Positions 1-11,000 of a stretch of DNA of 64,000 bases are shown piece after piece. Position 1 is the stretch's first letter. Each line of letters opens with the position of its first letter. Under the pieces are notes generated by a model. That model did not search any database and was not told the DNA's origin. It worked only from the letters and a program-made list of their open reading frames with translations. The DNA is from Auanema rhodensis (lineage: Eukaryota > Animalia > Nematoda), in the NCBI GenBank assembly GCA_964057225.1, contig OZ059897.1:2046001-2110000 (forward strand). Reading direction: 5' to 3'. Made by a program: the position numbers and the translations under genes.

Positions 1-146
1 CACCGAGATATCAACTGATATATGTTCACACTTATATCCTCGATTTTCACCCTGAAGAAATGATTTTTTCGTTGAATAACATTGTCCATCGTCTTCGTCT
101 TGAAAAAAGGAATCTAAAAACATCTACTTTTTGTGAAATTATTTAG

Positions 147-165
147 AAATTTTTCGGGAAAATTT
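147..165. repeat. Quasi-palindrome inside the A/T-tract block (first copy shown)
   Basis: AAATTTT-tcggg-AAAATTT. A further dyad, ATATCA-ac-TGATAT, lies at pos 8-21. Confidence 0.85.
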
Positions 166-188
166 TTGTCAAAATGTTTTTGGAAGCA

Positions 189-216
189 ATGTTGAGTGTA
201 CATGGGAACTCAACAT
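189..216. repeat. 9-bp perfect inverted repeat with 10-nt loop, in every monomer except the two 154-bp units (first copy shown)
   Basis: ATGTTGAGT-gtacatggga-ACTCAACAT. It is followed closely by the perfect 10-bp palindrome TAATGCATTA (221-230). Confidence 0.95.
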
Positions 217-299
217 ACACTAATGCATTATTTTTCAAACGATCATAACTTATTTTTGTATAGAGCGTTTTTCAATGTAGTATAGTGCATTCGATGCGG

Positions 300-350
300 A
301 TTTTTAAGCTGCGTCGATCTGTGTTATCAGATTTGAGTTAGCTTAAAAAT
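300..350. repeat. 11-bp perfect inverted repeat with nested 5-bp inner stem, in every monomer (first copy shown)
   Basis: ATTTTTAAGCT-gcgtcg-ATCTG-tgttat-CAGAT-ttgagtt-AGCTTAAAAAT. Confidence 0.95.
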
Positions 351-3300
351 GCACCGAGATATCAACTGATATATGTTCACACTTATATCCTCGATTTTCA
401 CCCTGAAGAAATGATTTTTTCGTTGAAAAACATTGTCCATCGTCTTTGCCTTGAAAAAAGGAATCTAAAAACATCTACTTTTTGTGAAACTATTTAGAAA
501 TTTTTCGGGAAAATTTTTGTCAAAATGTTTTTGGAAGCAATGTTGAGTGTACATGGGAACTCAACATACACTAATGCATTATTTTTCAAACGATCATAAC
601 TTATTTTTGTATAGAGCGTTTCTCAATGTAGTATAGTGCATTCGATGCGGATTTTTAAGCTGCGTCGATCTGTGTTATCAGATTTGAGTTAGCTTAAAAA
701 TGCACCGAGATATCAACTGATATATGTTCACACTTATATCCTCGATTTTCACCCTGAAGAAATGATTTTTTCGTTGAATAACATTGTCCATCGTCTTCGT
801 CTTGAAAAAAGGAATCTAAAAACATCTACTTTTTGTGAAATTATTTAGAAATTTTTCGGGAAAATTTTTGTCAAAATGTTTTTGGAAGCAATGTTGAGTG
901 TACATGGGAACTCAACATACACTAATGCATTATTTTTCAAACGATCATAACTTATTTTTGTATAGAGCGTTTTTCAATGTAGTATAGTGCATTCGATGCG
1001 GATTTTTAAGCTGCGTCGATCTGTGTTATCAGATTTGAGTTAGCTTAAAAATGCACCGAGATATCAACTGATATATGTTCACACTTATATCCTCGATTTT
1101 CACCCTGAAGAAATGATTTTTTCGTTGAAAAACATTGTCCATCGTCTTTGCCTTGAAAAAAGGAATCTAAAAACATCTACTTTTTGTGAAACTATTTAGA
1201 AATTTTTCGGGAAAATTTTTGTCAAAATGTTTTTGGAAGCAATGTTGAGTGTACATGGGAACTCAACATACACTAATGCATTATTTTTCAAACGATCATA
1301 ACTTATTTTTGTATAGAGCGTTTCTCAATGTAGTATAGTGCATTCGATGCGGATTTTTAAGCTGCGTCGATCTGTGTTATCAGATTTGAGTTAGCTTAAA
1401 AATGCACCGAGATATCAACTGATATATGTTCACACTTATATCCTCGATTTTCACCCTGAAGAAATGATTTTTTCGTTGAATAACATTGTCCATCGTCTTC
1501 GTCTTGAAAAAAGGAATCTAAAAACATCTACTTTTTGTGAAATTATTTAGAAATTTTTCGGGAAAATTTTTGTCAAAATGTTTTTGGAAGCAATGTTGAG
1601 TGTACATGGGAACTCAACATACACTAATGCATTATTTTTCAAACGATCATAACTTATTTTTGTATAGAGCGTTTCTCAATGTAGTATAGTGCATTCGATG
1701 CGGATTTTTAAGCTGCGTCGATCTGTGTTATCAGATTTGAGTTAGCTTAAAAATGCACCGAGATATCAACTGATATATGTTCACACTTATATCCTCGATT
1801 TTCACCCTGAAGAAATGATTTTTTCGTTGAAAAACATTGTCCATCGTCTTTGCCTTGAAAAAAGGAATCTAAAAACATCTACTTTTTGTGAAACTATTTA
1901 GAAATTTTTCGGGAAAATTTTTGTCAAAATGTTTTTGGAAGCAATGTTGAGTGTACATGGGAACTCAACATACACTAATGCATTATTTTTCAAACGATCA
2001 TAACTTATTTTTGTATAGAGCGTTTCTCAATGTAGTATAGTGCATTCGATGCGGATTTTTAAGCTGCGTCGATCTGTGTTATCAGATTTGAGTTAGCTTA
2101 AAAATGCACCGAGATATCAACTGATATATGTTCACACTTATATCCTCGATTTTCACCCTGAAGAAATGATTTTTTCGTTGAATAACATTGTCCATCGTCT
2201 TCGTCTTGAAAAAAGGAATCTAAAAACATCTACTTTTTGTGAAATTATTTAGAAATTTTTCGGGAAAATTTTTGTCAAAATGTTTTTGGAAGCAATGTTG
2301 AGTGTACATGGGAACTCAACATACACTAATGCATTATTTTTCAAACGATCATAACTTATTTTTGTATAGAGCGTTTCTCAATGTAGTATAGTGCATTCGA
2401 TGCGGATTTTTAAGCTGCGTCGATCTGTGTTATCAGATTTGAGTTAGCTTAAAAATGCACCGAGATATCAACTGATATATGTTCACACTTATATCCTCGA
2501 TTTTCACCCTGAAGAAATGATTTTTTCGTTGAAAAACATTGTCCATCGTCTTTGCTTTGAAAAAAGGAATCTAAAAACATCTACTTTTTGTGAAATTATT
2601 TAGAAATTTTTCGGGAAAATTTTTGTCAAAATGTTTTTGAAAGCAATGTTGAGTGTACATGGAAACTCAACATACACTAATGCATTATTTTTCAAACGAT
2701 CATAACTTATTTTTGTATAGAGCGTTTCTCAATGTAGTATAGTGCATTCGATGCGGATTTTTAAGCTGCGTCGATCTGTGTTATCAGATTTGAGTTAGCT
2801 TAAAAATGCACCGAGATATCAACTGATATAAGTTCACACTTATATCCTCGATTTTCACCCTGAAGAATTAATTTTTTCGTTGAATAACATTGTCCATCGT
2901 CTTCGTCTTGAAAAAAGGAATCTAAAAACATCTACTTTTTGTGAAATTATTTAGAAATTTTTCGGGAAAATTTTTGTCAAAATGTTTTTGAAAGCAATGT
3001 TGAGTGTACATGGAAACTCAACATACACTAATGCATCATTTTTCAAACGATCATAGCTAATTTTTGTATTGAGCGTTTTTCAATGTAGTATAGTGCATTC
3101 GATGCGGATTTTTAAGCTGCGTCGATCTGTGTTATCAGATTTGCGCTAGCTTAAAAATGCACCGAGATATCAACTGATATAAGTTCACACTTATATCCTC
3201 GATTTTCACCCTGAAGAATTAATTTTTTCGTTGAATAACATTGTCCATCGTCTTCGTCTTGAAAAAAGGAATCTAAAAACATCTACTTTTTGTGAAATTA

Positions 3301-5012
3301 TTTAGAAATTTTTCGGGAAAATTTTTGTCAAAATGTTTTTGAAAGCAATGTTGAGTGTACATGGAAACTCAACATACACTAATGCATCATTTTTCAAACG
3401 ATCATAGCTAATTTTTGTATTGAGCGTTTTTCAATGTAGTATAGTGCATTCGATGCGGATTTTTAAGCTGCGTCGATCTGTGTTATCAGATTTGCGCTAG
3501 CTTAAAAATGCACCGAGATATCAACTGATATAAGTTCACACTTATATCCTCGATTTTCACCCTGAAGAATTAATTTTTTCGTTGAATAACATTGTCCATC
3601 GTCTTCGTCTTGAAAAAAGGAATCTAAAAACATCTACTTTTTGTGAAATTATTTAGAAATTTTTCGGGAAAATTTTTGTCAAAATGTTTTTGGAAGCAAT
3701 GTTGAGTGTACATGGGAACTCAACATACACTAATGCATTATTTTTCAAACGATCATAACTTATTTTTGTATAGAGCGTTTCTCAATGTAGTATAGTGCAT
3801 TCGATGCGGATTTTTAAGCTGCGTCGATCTGTGTTATCAGATTTGAGTTAGCTTAAAAATGCACCGAGATATCAACTGATATATGTTCACACTTATATCC
3901 TCGATTTTCACCCTGAAGAAATGATTTTTTCGTTGAAAAACATTGTCCATCGTCTTTGCCTTGAAAAAAGGAATCTAAAAACATCTACTTTTTGTGAAAC
4001 TATTTAGAAATTTTTCGGGAAAATTTTTGTCAAAATGTTTTTGGAAGCAATGTTGAGTGTACATGGGAACTCAACATACACTAATGCATTATTTTTCAAA
4101 CGATCATAACTTATTTTTGTATAGAGCGTTTCTCAATGTAGTATAGTGCATTCGATGCGGATTTTTAAGCTGCGTCGATCTGTGTTATCAGATTTGAGTT
4201 AGCTTAAAAATGCACCGAGATATCAACTGATATATGTTCACACTTATATCCTCGATTTTCACCCTGAAGAAATGATTTTTTCGTTGAATAACATTGTCCA
4301 TCGTCTTCGTCTTGAAAAAAGGAATCTAAAAACATCTACTTTTTGTGAAATTATTTAGAAATTTTTCGGGAAAATTTTTGTCAAAATGTTTTTGGAAGCA
4401 ATGTTGAGTGTACATGGGAACTCAACATACACTAATGCATTATTTTTCAAACGATCATAACTTATTTTTGTATAGAGCGTTTCTCAATGTAGTATAGTGC
4501 ATTCGATGCGGATTTTTAAGCTGCGTCGATCTGTGTTATCAGATTTGAGTTAGCTTAAAAATGCACCGAGATATCAACTGATATATGTTCACACTTATAT
4601 CCTCGATTTTCACCCTGAAGAAATGATTTTTTCGTTGAAAAACATTGTCCATCGTCTTTGCCTTGAAAAAAGGAATCTAAAAACATCTACTTTTTGTGAA
4701 ATTATTTAGAAATTTTTCGGGAAAATTTTTGTCAAAATGTTTTTGAAAGCAATGTTGAGTGTACATGGAAACTCAACATACACTAATGCATCATTTTTCA
4801 AACGATCATAGCTAATTTTTGTATTGAGCGTTTTTCAATGTAGTATAGTGCATTCGATGCGGATTTTTAAGCTGCGTCGATCTGTGTTATCAGATTTGCG
4901 CTAGCTTAAAAATGCACCGAGATATCAACTGATATAAGTTCACACTTATATCCTCGATTTTCACCCTGAAGAATTAATTTTTTCGTTGAATAACATTGTC
5001 CATCGTCTTCGT

Positions 5013-8000
5013 CTTGAAAAAAGGAATCTAAAAACATCTACTTTTTGTGAAATTATTTAGAAATTTTTCGGGAAAATTTTTGTCAAAATGTTTTTGAAAG
5101 CAATGTTGAGTGTACATGGAAACTCAACATACACTAATGCATCATTTTTCAAACGATCATAGCTAATTTTTGTATTGAGCGTTTCTCAATGTAGTATAGT
5201 GCATTCGATGCGGATTTTTAAGCTGCGTCGATCTGTGTTATCAGATTTGCGCTAGCTTAAAAATGCACCGAGATATCAACTGATATAAGTTCACACTTAT
5301 ATCCTCGATTTTCACCCTGAAGAATTAATTTTTTCGTTGAATAACATTGTCCATCGTTTTCGCCTTGAAAAAAGGAATCTAAAAACATCTACTTTTTGTG
5401 AAATTATTTAGAAATTTTTCGGGAAAATTTTTGTCAAAATGTTTTTGGAAGCAATGTTGAGTGTACATGGGAACTCAACATACACTAATGCATTATTTTT
5501 CAAACGATCATAACTTATTTTTGTATAGAGCGTTTCTCAATGTAGTATAGTGCATTCGATGCGGATTTTTAAGCTGCGTCGATCTGTGTTATCAGATTTG
5601 AGTTAGCTTAAAAATGCACCGAGATATCAACTGATATATGTTCACACTTATATCCTCGACTTTCACCCTGAAGAAATGATTTTTTCGTTGAATAACATTG
5701 TCCATCGTCTTCGTCTTGAAAAAAGGAATCTAAAAACATCTACTTTTTGTGAAATTATTTAGAAATTTTTCGGGAAAATTTTTGTCAAAATGTTTTTGGA
5801 AGCAATGTTGAGTGTACATGGGAACTCAACATACACTAATGCATTATTTTTCAAACGATCATAACTTATTTTTGTATAGAGCGTTTCTCAATGTAGTATA
5901 GTGCATTCGATGCGGATTTTTAAGCTGCGTCGATCTGTGTTATCAGATTTGAGTTAGCTTAAAAATGCACCGAGATATCAACTGATATATGTTCACACTT
6001 ATATCCTCGATTTTCACCCTGAAGAAATGATTTTTTCGTTGAATAACATTGTCCATCGTCTTCGTCTTGAAAAAAGGAATCTAAAAACATCTACTTTTTG
6101 TGAAATTATTTAGAAATTTTTCGGGAAAATTTTTGTCAAAATGTTTTTGGAAGCAATGTTGAGTGTACATGGGAACTCAACATACACTAATGCATTATTT
6201 TTCAAACGATCATAACTTATTTTTGTATAGAGCGTTTCTCAATGTAGTATAGTGCATTCGATGCGGATTTTTAAGCTGCGTCGATCTGTGTTATCAGATT
6301 TGAGTTAGCTTAAAAATGCACCGAGATATCAACTGATATATGTTCACACTTATATCCTCGATTTTCACCCTGAAGAAATGATTTTTTCGTTGAAAAACAT
6401 TGTCCATCGTCTTTGCCTTGAAAAAAGGAATCTAAAAACATCTACTTTTTGTGAAATTATTTAGAAATTTTTCGGGAAAATTTTTGTCAAAATGTTTTTG
6501 GAAGCAATGTTGAGTGTACATGGGAACTCAACATACACTAATGCATTATTTTTCAAACGATCATAACTTTTTTTTGTATAGAGCGTTTCTCAATGTAGTA
6601 TAGTGCATTCGATGCGGATTTTTAAGCTGCGTCGATCTGTGTTATCAGATTTGAGTTAGCTTAAAAATGCACCGAGATATCAACTGATATATGTTCACAC
6701 TTATATCCTCGATTTTCACCCTGAAGAAATGATTTTTTCGTTGAATAACATTGTCCATCGTCTTCGTCTTGAAAAAAGGAATCTGAAAACATCTACTTTT
6801 TGTGAAATTATTTAGAAATTTTTCGGGAAAATTTTTGTCAAAATGTTTTTGGAAGCAATGTTGAGTGTACATGGGAACTCAACATACACTAATGCATTAT
6901 TTTTCAAACGATCATAACTTATTTTTGTATAGAGCGTTTCTCAATGTAGTATAGTGCATTCGATGCGGATTTTTAAGCTGCGTCGATCTGTGTTATCAGA
7001 TTTGAGTTAGCTTAAAAATGCACCGAGATATCAACTGATATAAGTTCACACTTATATCCTCGATTTTCACCCTGAAGAATTAATTTTTTCGTTGAATAAC
7101 ATTGTCCATCGTCTTCGTCTTGAAAAAAGGAATCTAAAAACATCTACTTTTTGTGAAATTATTTAGAAATTTTTCGGGAAAATTTTTGTCAAAATGTTTT
7201 TGAAAGCAATGTTGAGTGTACATGGAAACTCAACATACACTAATGCATCATTTTTCAAACGATCATAGCTAATTTTTGTATAGAGCGTTTCTCAATGTAG
7301 TATAGTGCATTCGATGCGGATTTTTAAGCTGCGTCGATCTGTGTTATCAGATTTGAGTTAGCTTAAAAATGCACCGAGATATCAACTGATATATGTTCAC
7401 ACTTATATCCTCGATTTTCACCCTGAAGAAATGATTTTTTCGTTGAATAACATCGTCCATCGTCTTCGTCTTGAAAAAAGGAATCTAAAAACATCTACTT
7501 TTTGTGAAATTATTTAGAAATTTTTCGGGAAAATTTTTGTCAAAATGTTTTTGGAAGCAATGTTGAGTGTACATGGGAACTCAACATACACTAATGCATT
7601 ATTTTTCAAACGATCATAACTTATTTTTGTATGGAGCGTTTCTCAATGTAGTATAGTGCATTCGATGCGGATTTTTAAGCTGCATCGATCTGTGTTATCA
7701 GATTTGAGTTAGCTTAAAAATGCACCGAGATATCAACTGATATATGTTCACACTTATATCCTCGATTTTCACCCTGAAGAAATGATTTTTTCGTTGAAAA
7801 ACATTGTCCATCGTCTTTGCCTTGAAAAAAGGAATCTAAAAACATCTACTTTTTGTTAAATTATTTAGAAATTTTTCGGGAAAATTTTTGTCAAAATGTT
7901 TTTGGAAGCAATGTTGAGTGTACATGGGAACTCAACATACACTAATGCATTATTTTTCAAACGATCATAACTTATTTTTGTATAGAGCGTTTCTCAATGT

Positions 8001-11000
8001 AGTATAGTGCATTCGATGCGGATTTTTAAGCTGCGTCGATCTGTGTTATCAGATTTGAGTTAGCTTAAAAATGCACCGAGATATCAACTGATATATGTTC
8101 ACACTTATATCCTCGACTTTCACCCTGAAGAAATGATTTTTTCGTTGAATAACATTGTCCATCGTCTTCGTCTTGAAAAAAGGAATCTAAAAACATCTAC
8201 TTTTTGTGAAATTATTTAGAAATTTTTCGGGAAAATTTTTGTCAAAATGTTTTTGGAAGCAATGTTGAGTGTACATGGGAACTCAACATACACTAATGCA
8301 TCATTTTTCAAACGATCATAACTTATTTTTGTATAGAGCGTTTCTCAATGTAGTTTAGTGCATTCGATGCGGATTTTTAAGCTGCGTCGATCTGTGTTAT
8401 CAGATTTGCGCTAGCTTAAAAATGCACCGAGATATCAACTGATATATGTTCACACTTATATTCTCGATTTTCACCCTGAAGAATTAATTTTTTCGTTGAA
8501 TAACATTGTCCATCGTCTTCGTCTTGAAAAAAGGAATCTAAAAACATCTACTTTTTGTGAAATTATTTAGAAATTTTTCGGGAAAATTTTTGTCAAAATG
8601 TTTTTGAAAGCAATGTTGAGTGTACATGGGAACTTAACATACACTAATGCATCATTTTTCAAACGATCATAACTTATTTTTGTATTAAGCGTTTCTCAAT
8701 GTAGTAGAGTGCATTCGATGCGGATTTTTAAGCTGCGTCGATCTGTGTTATCAGATTTGAGTTAGCTTAAAAATGCACCAAGATATCAACTGATATATGT
8801 TCACACTTATATCCTCGATTTTCACCCTGAAGAAATTGTCCATCGTCTTTGTCTTGAAAAAAGGAATCTAAAAACATCTACGTTTTGTGAAATTATTTAG
8901 AAATTTTTCGGGAAAATTTTTGTCAAAATGTTTTTGGAAGCAATGTTGAGTGTACATGGGAACTCAACATACACTAATGCATTATTTTTCAAACGATCAT
9001 AACTAATTTCTGTAAATAGCGTTTCTCAATGTAGTATAGTGCATTCGATGCGAATTTTTAAGCTGCGTCGATCTGTGTTATCAGATTTGAGTTAGCTTAA
9101 AAATGCACCGAGATATCAACTGATATATGTTCACACTTATATCCTCGATTTTCACCCTGAAGAAATAGTTTTTTCGTTGAAAAACATTGTCCATCGTCTT
9201 TGCCTTGAAAAAAGGAATCTAAAAACATCTACTTTTTGTGAAATTATTTAGAAATTTTTCGGGAAAATTTTTGTCAAAATGTTTTTGAAAGCAATGTTGA
9301 GTGTACATGGAAACTCAACATACACTAATGCATCATTTTTCAAACGATCATAGCTAATTTTTGTATTGAGCGTTTCTCAATGTAGTATAGTGCATTCGAT
9401 GCGGATTTTTAAGCTGCGTCGATCTGTGTTATCAGATTTGCGCTAGCTTAAAAATGCACCGAGATATCAACTGATATAAGTTCACACTTATATCCTCGAT
9501 TTTCACCCTGAAGAATTAATTTTTTCGTTGAATAACATTGTCCATCGTTTTCGCCTTGAAAAAAGGAATCTAAAAACATCTACTTTTTGTGAAATTATTT
9601 AGAAATTTTTCGGGAAAATTTTTGTCAAAATGTTTTTGGAAGCAATGTTGAGTGTACATGGGAACTCAACATACACTAATGCATTATTTTTCAAACGATC
9701 ATAACTTATTTTTGTATAGAGCGTTTCTCAATGTAGTATAGTGCATTCGATGCGGATTTTTAAGCTGCGTCGATCTGTGTTATCAGATTTGAGTTAGCTT
9801 AAAAATGCACCGAGATATCAACTGATATATGTTCACACTTATATCCTCGACTTTCACCCTGAAGAAATGATTTTTTCGTTGAATAACATTGTCCATCGTC
9901 TTCGTCTTGAAAAAAGGAATCTAAAAACATCTACTTTTTGTGAAATTATTTAGAAATTTTTCGGGAAAATTTTTGTCAAAATGTTTTTGGAAGCAATGTT
10001 GAGTGTACATGGGAACTCAACATACACTAATGCATTATTTTTCAAACGATCATAACTTATTTTTGTATAGAGCGTTTCTCAATGTAGTATAGTGCATTCG
10101 ATGCGGATTTTTAAGCTGCGTCGATCTGTGTTATCAGATTTGAGTTAGCTTAAAAATGCACCGAGATATCAACTGATATATGTTCACACTTATATCCTCG
10201 ATTTTCACCCTGAAGAAATGATTTTTTCGTTGAATAACATTGTCCATCGTCTTCGTCTTGAAAAAAGGAATCTAAAAACATCTACTTTTTGTGAAATTAT
10301 TTAGAAATTTTTCGGGAAAATTTTTGTCAAAATGTTTTTGGAAGCAATGTTGAGTGTACATGGGAACTCAACATACACTAATGCATTATTTTTCAAACGA
10401 TCATAACTTATTTTTGTATAGAGCGTTTCTCAATGTAGTATAGTGCATTCGATGCGGATTTTTAAGCTGCGTCGATCTGTGTTATCAGATTTGAGTTAGC
10501 TTAAAAATGCACCGAGATATCAACTGATATATGTTCACACTTATATCCTCGATTTTCACCCTGAAGAAATGATTTTTTCGTTGAAAAACATTGTCCATCG
10601 TCTTTGCCTTGAAAAAAGGAATCTAAAAACATCTACTTTTTGTGAAATTATTTAGAAATTTTTCGGGAAAATTTTTGTCAAAATGTTTTTGGAAGCAATG
10701 TTGAGTGTACATGGGAACTCAACATACACTAATGCATTATTTTTCAAACGATCATAACTTTTTTTTGTATAGAGCGTTTCTCAATGTAGTATAGTGCATT
10801 CGATGCGGATTTTTAAGCTGCGTCGATCTGTGTTATCAGATTTGAGTTAGCTTAAAAATGCACCGAGATATCAACTGATATATGTTCACACTTATATCCT
10901 CGATTTTCACCCTGAAGAAATGATTTTTTCGTTGAATAACATTGTCCATCGTCTTCGTCTTGAAAAAAGGAATCTGAAAACATCTACTTTTTGTGAAATT

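Larger units (their letters stand above)
1..2808. repeat. Dimeric (702-bp) higher-order repeat, about 4 copies
   Basis: Monomers alternate between GAATAAC..CTTCGTC and GAAAAAC..CTTTG(C). GAAACTATT occurs in monomers 2, 4 and 6. The same alternation resumes at about 3600-4750. Confidence 0.85.

Noticed and set aside
67-83. CENP-B box-like TTTCGTTGAA(T/A)AACATT, largely removed by the 21-bp deletion
   Set aside because: It matches the TTCG....A half but lacks the essential CGGG of NTTCGNNNNANNCGGGN.
189-224. Helitron-like 3' end (hairpin, then CTAA|T) or MITE origin
   Set aside because: The hairpin is AT-rich and only 3 nt from CTRR rather than about 10-12. No termini, target-site duplications or flanks are visible. 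A Dfam search would be needed.
1-351. Internal ~175-bp dimer substructure
   Set aside because: I could not align the two halves convincingly by eye; a sensitive self dot plot is needed.
1-351. tRNA, 5S rRNA, snRNA or spliced-leader tandem gene unit
   Set aside because: I recognise no cloverleaf, Pol III A/B boxes or conserved RNA sequence. An Infernal/Rfam scan was not possible.
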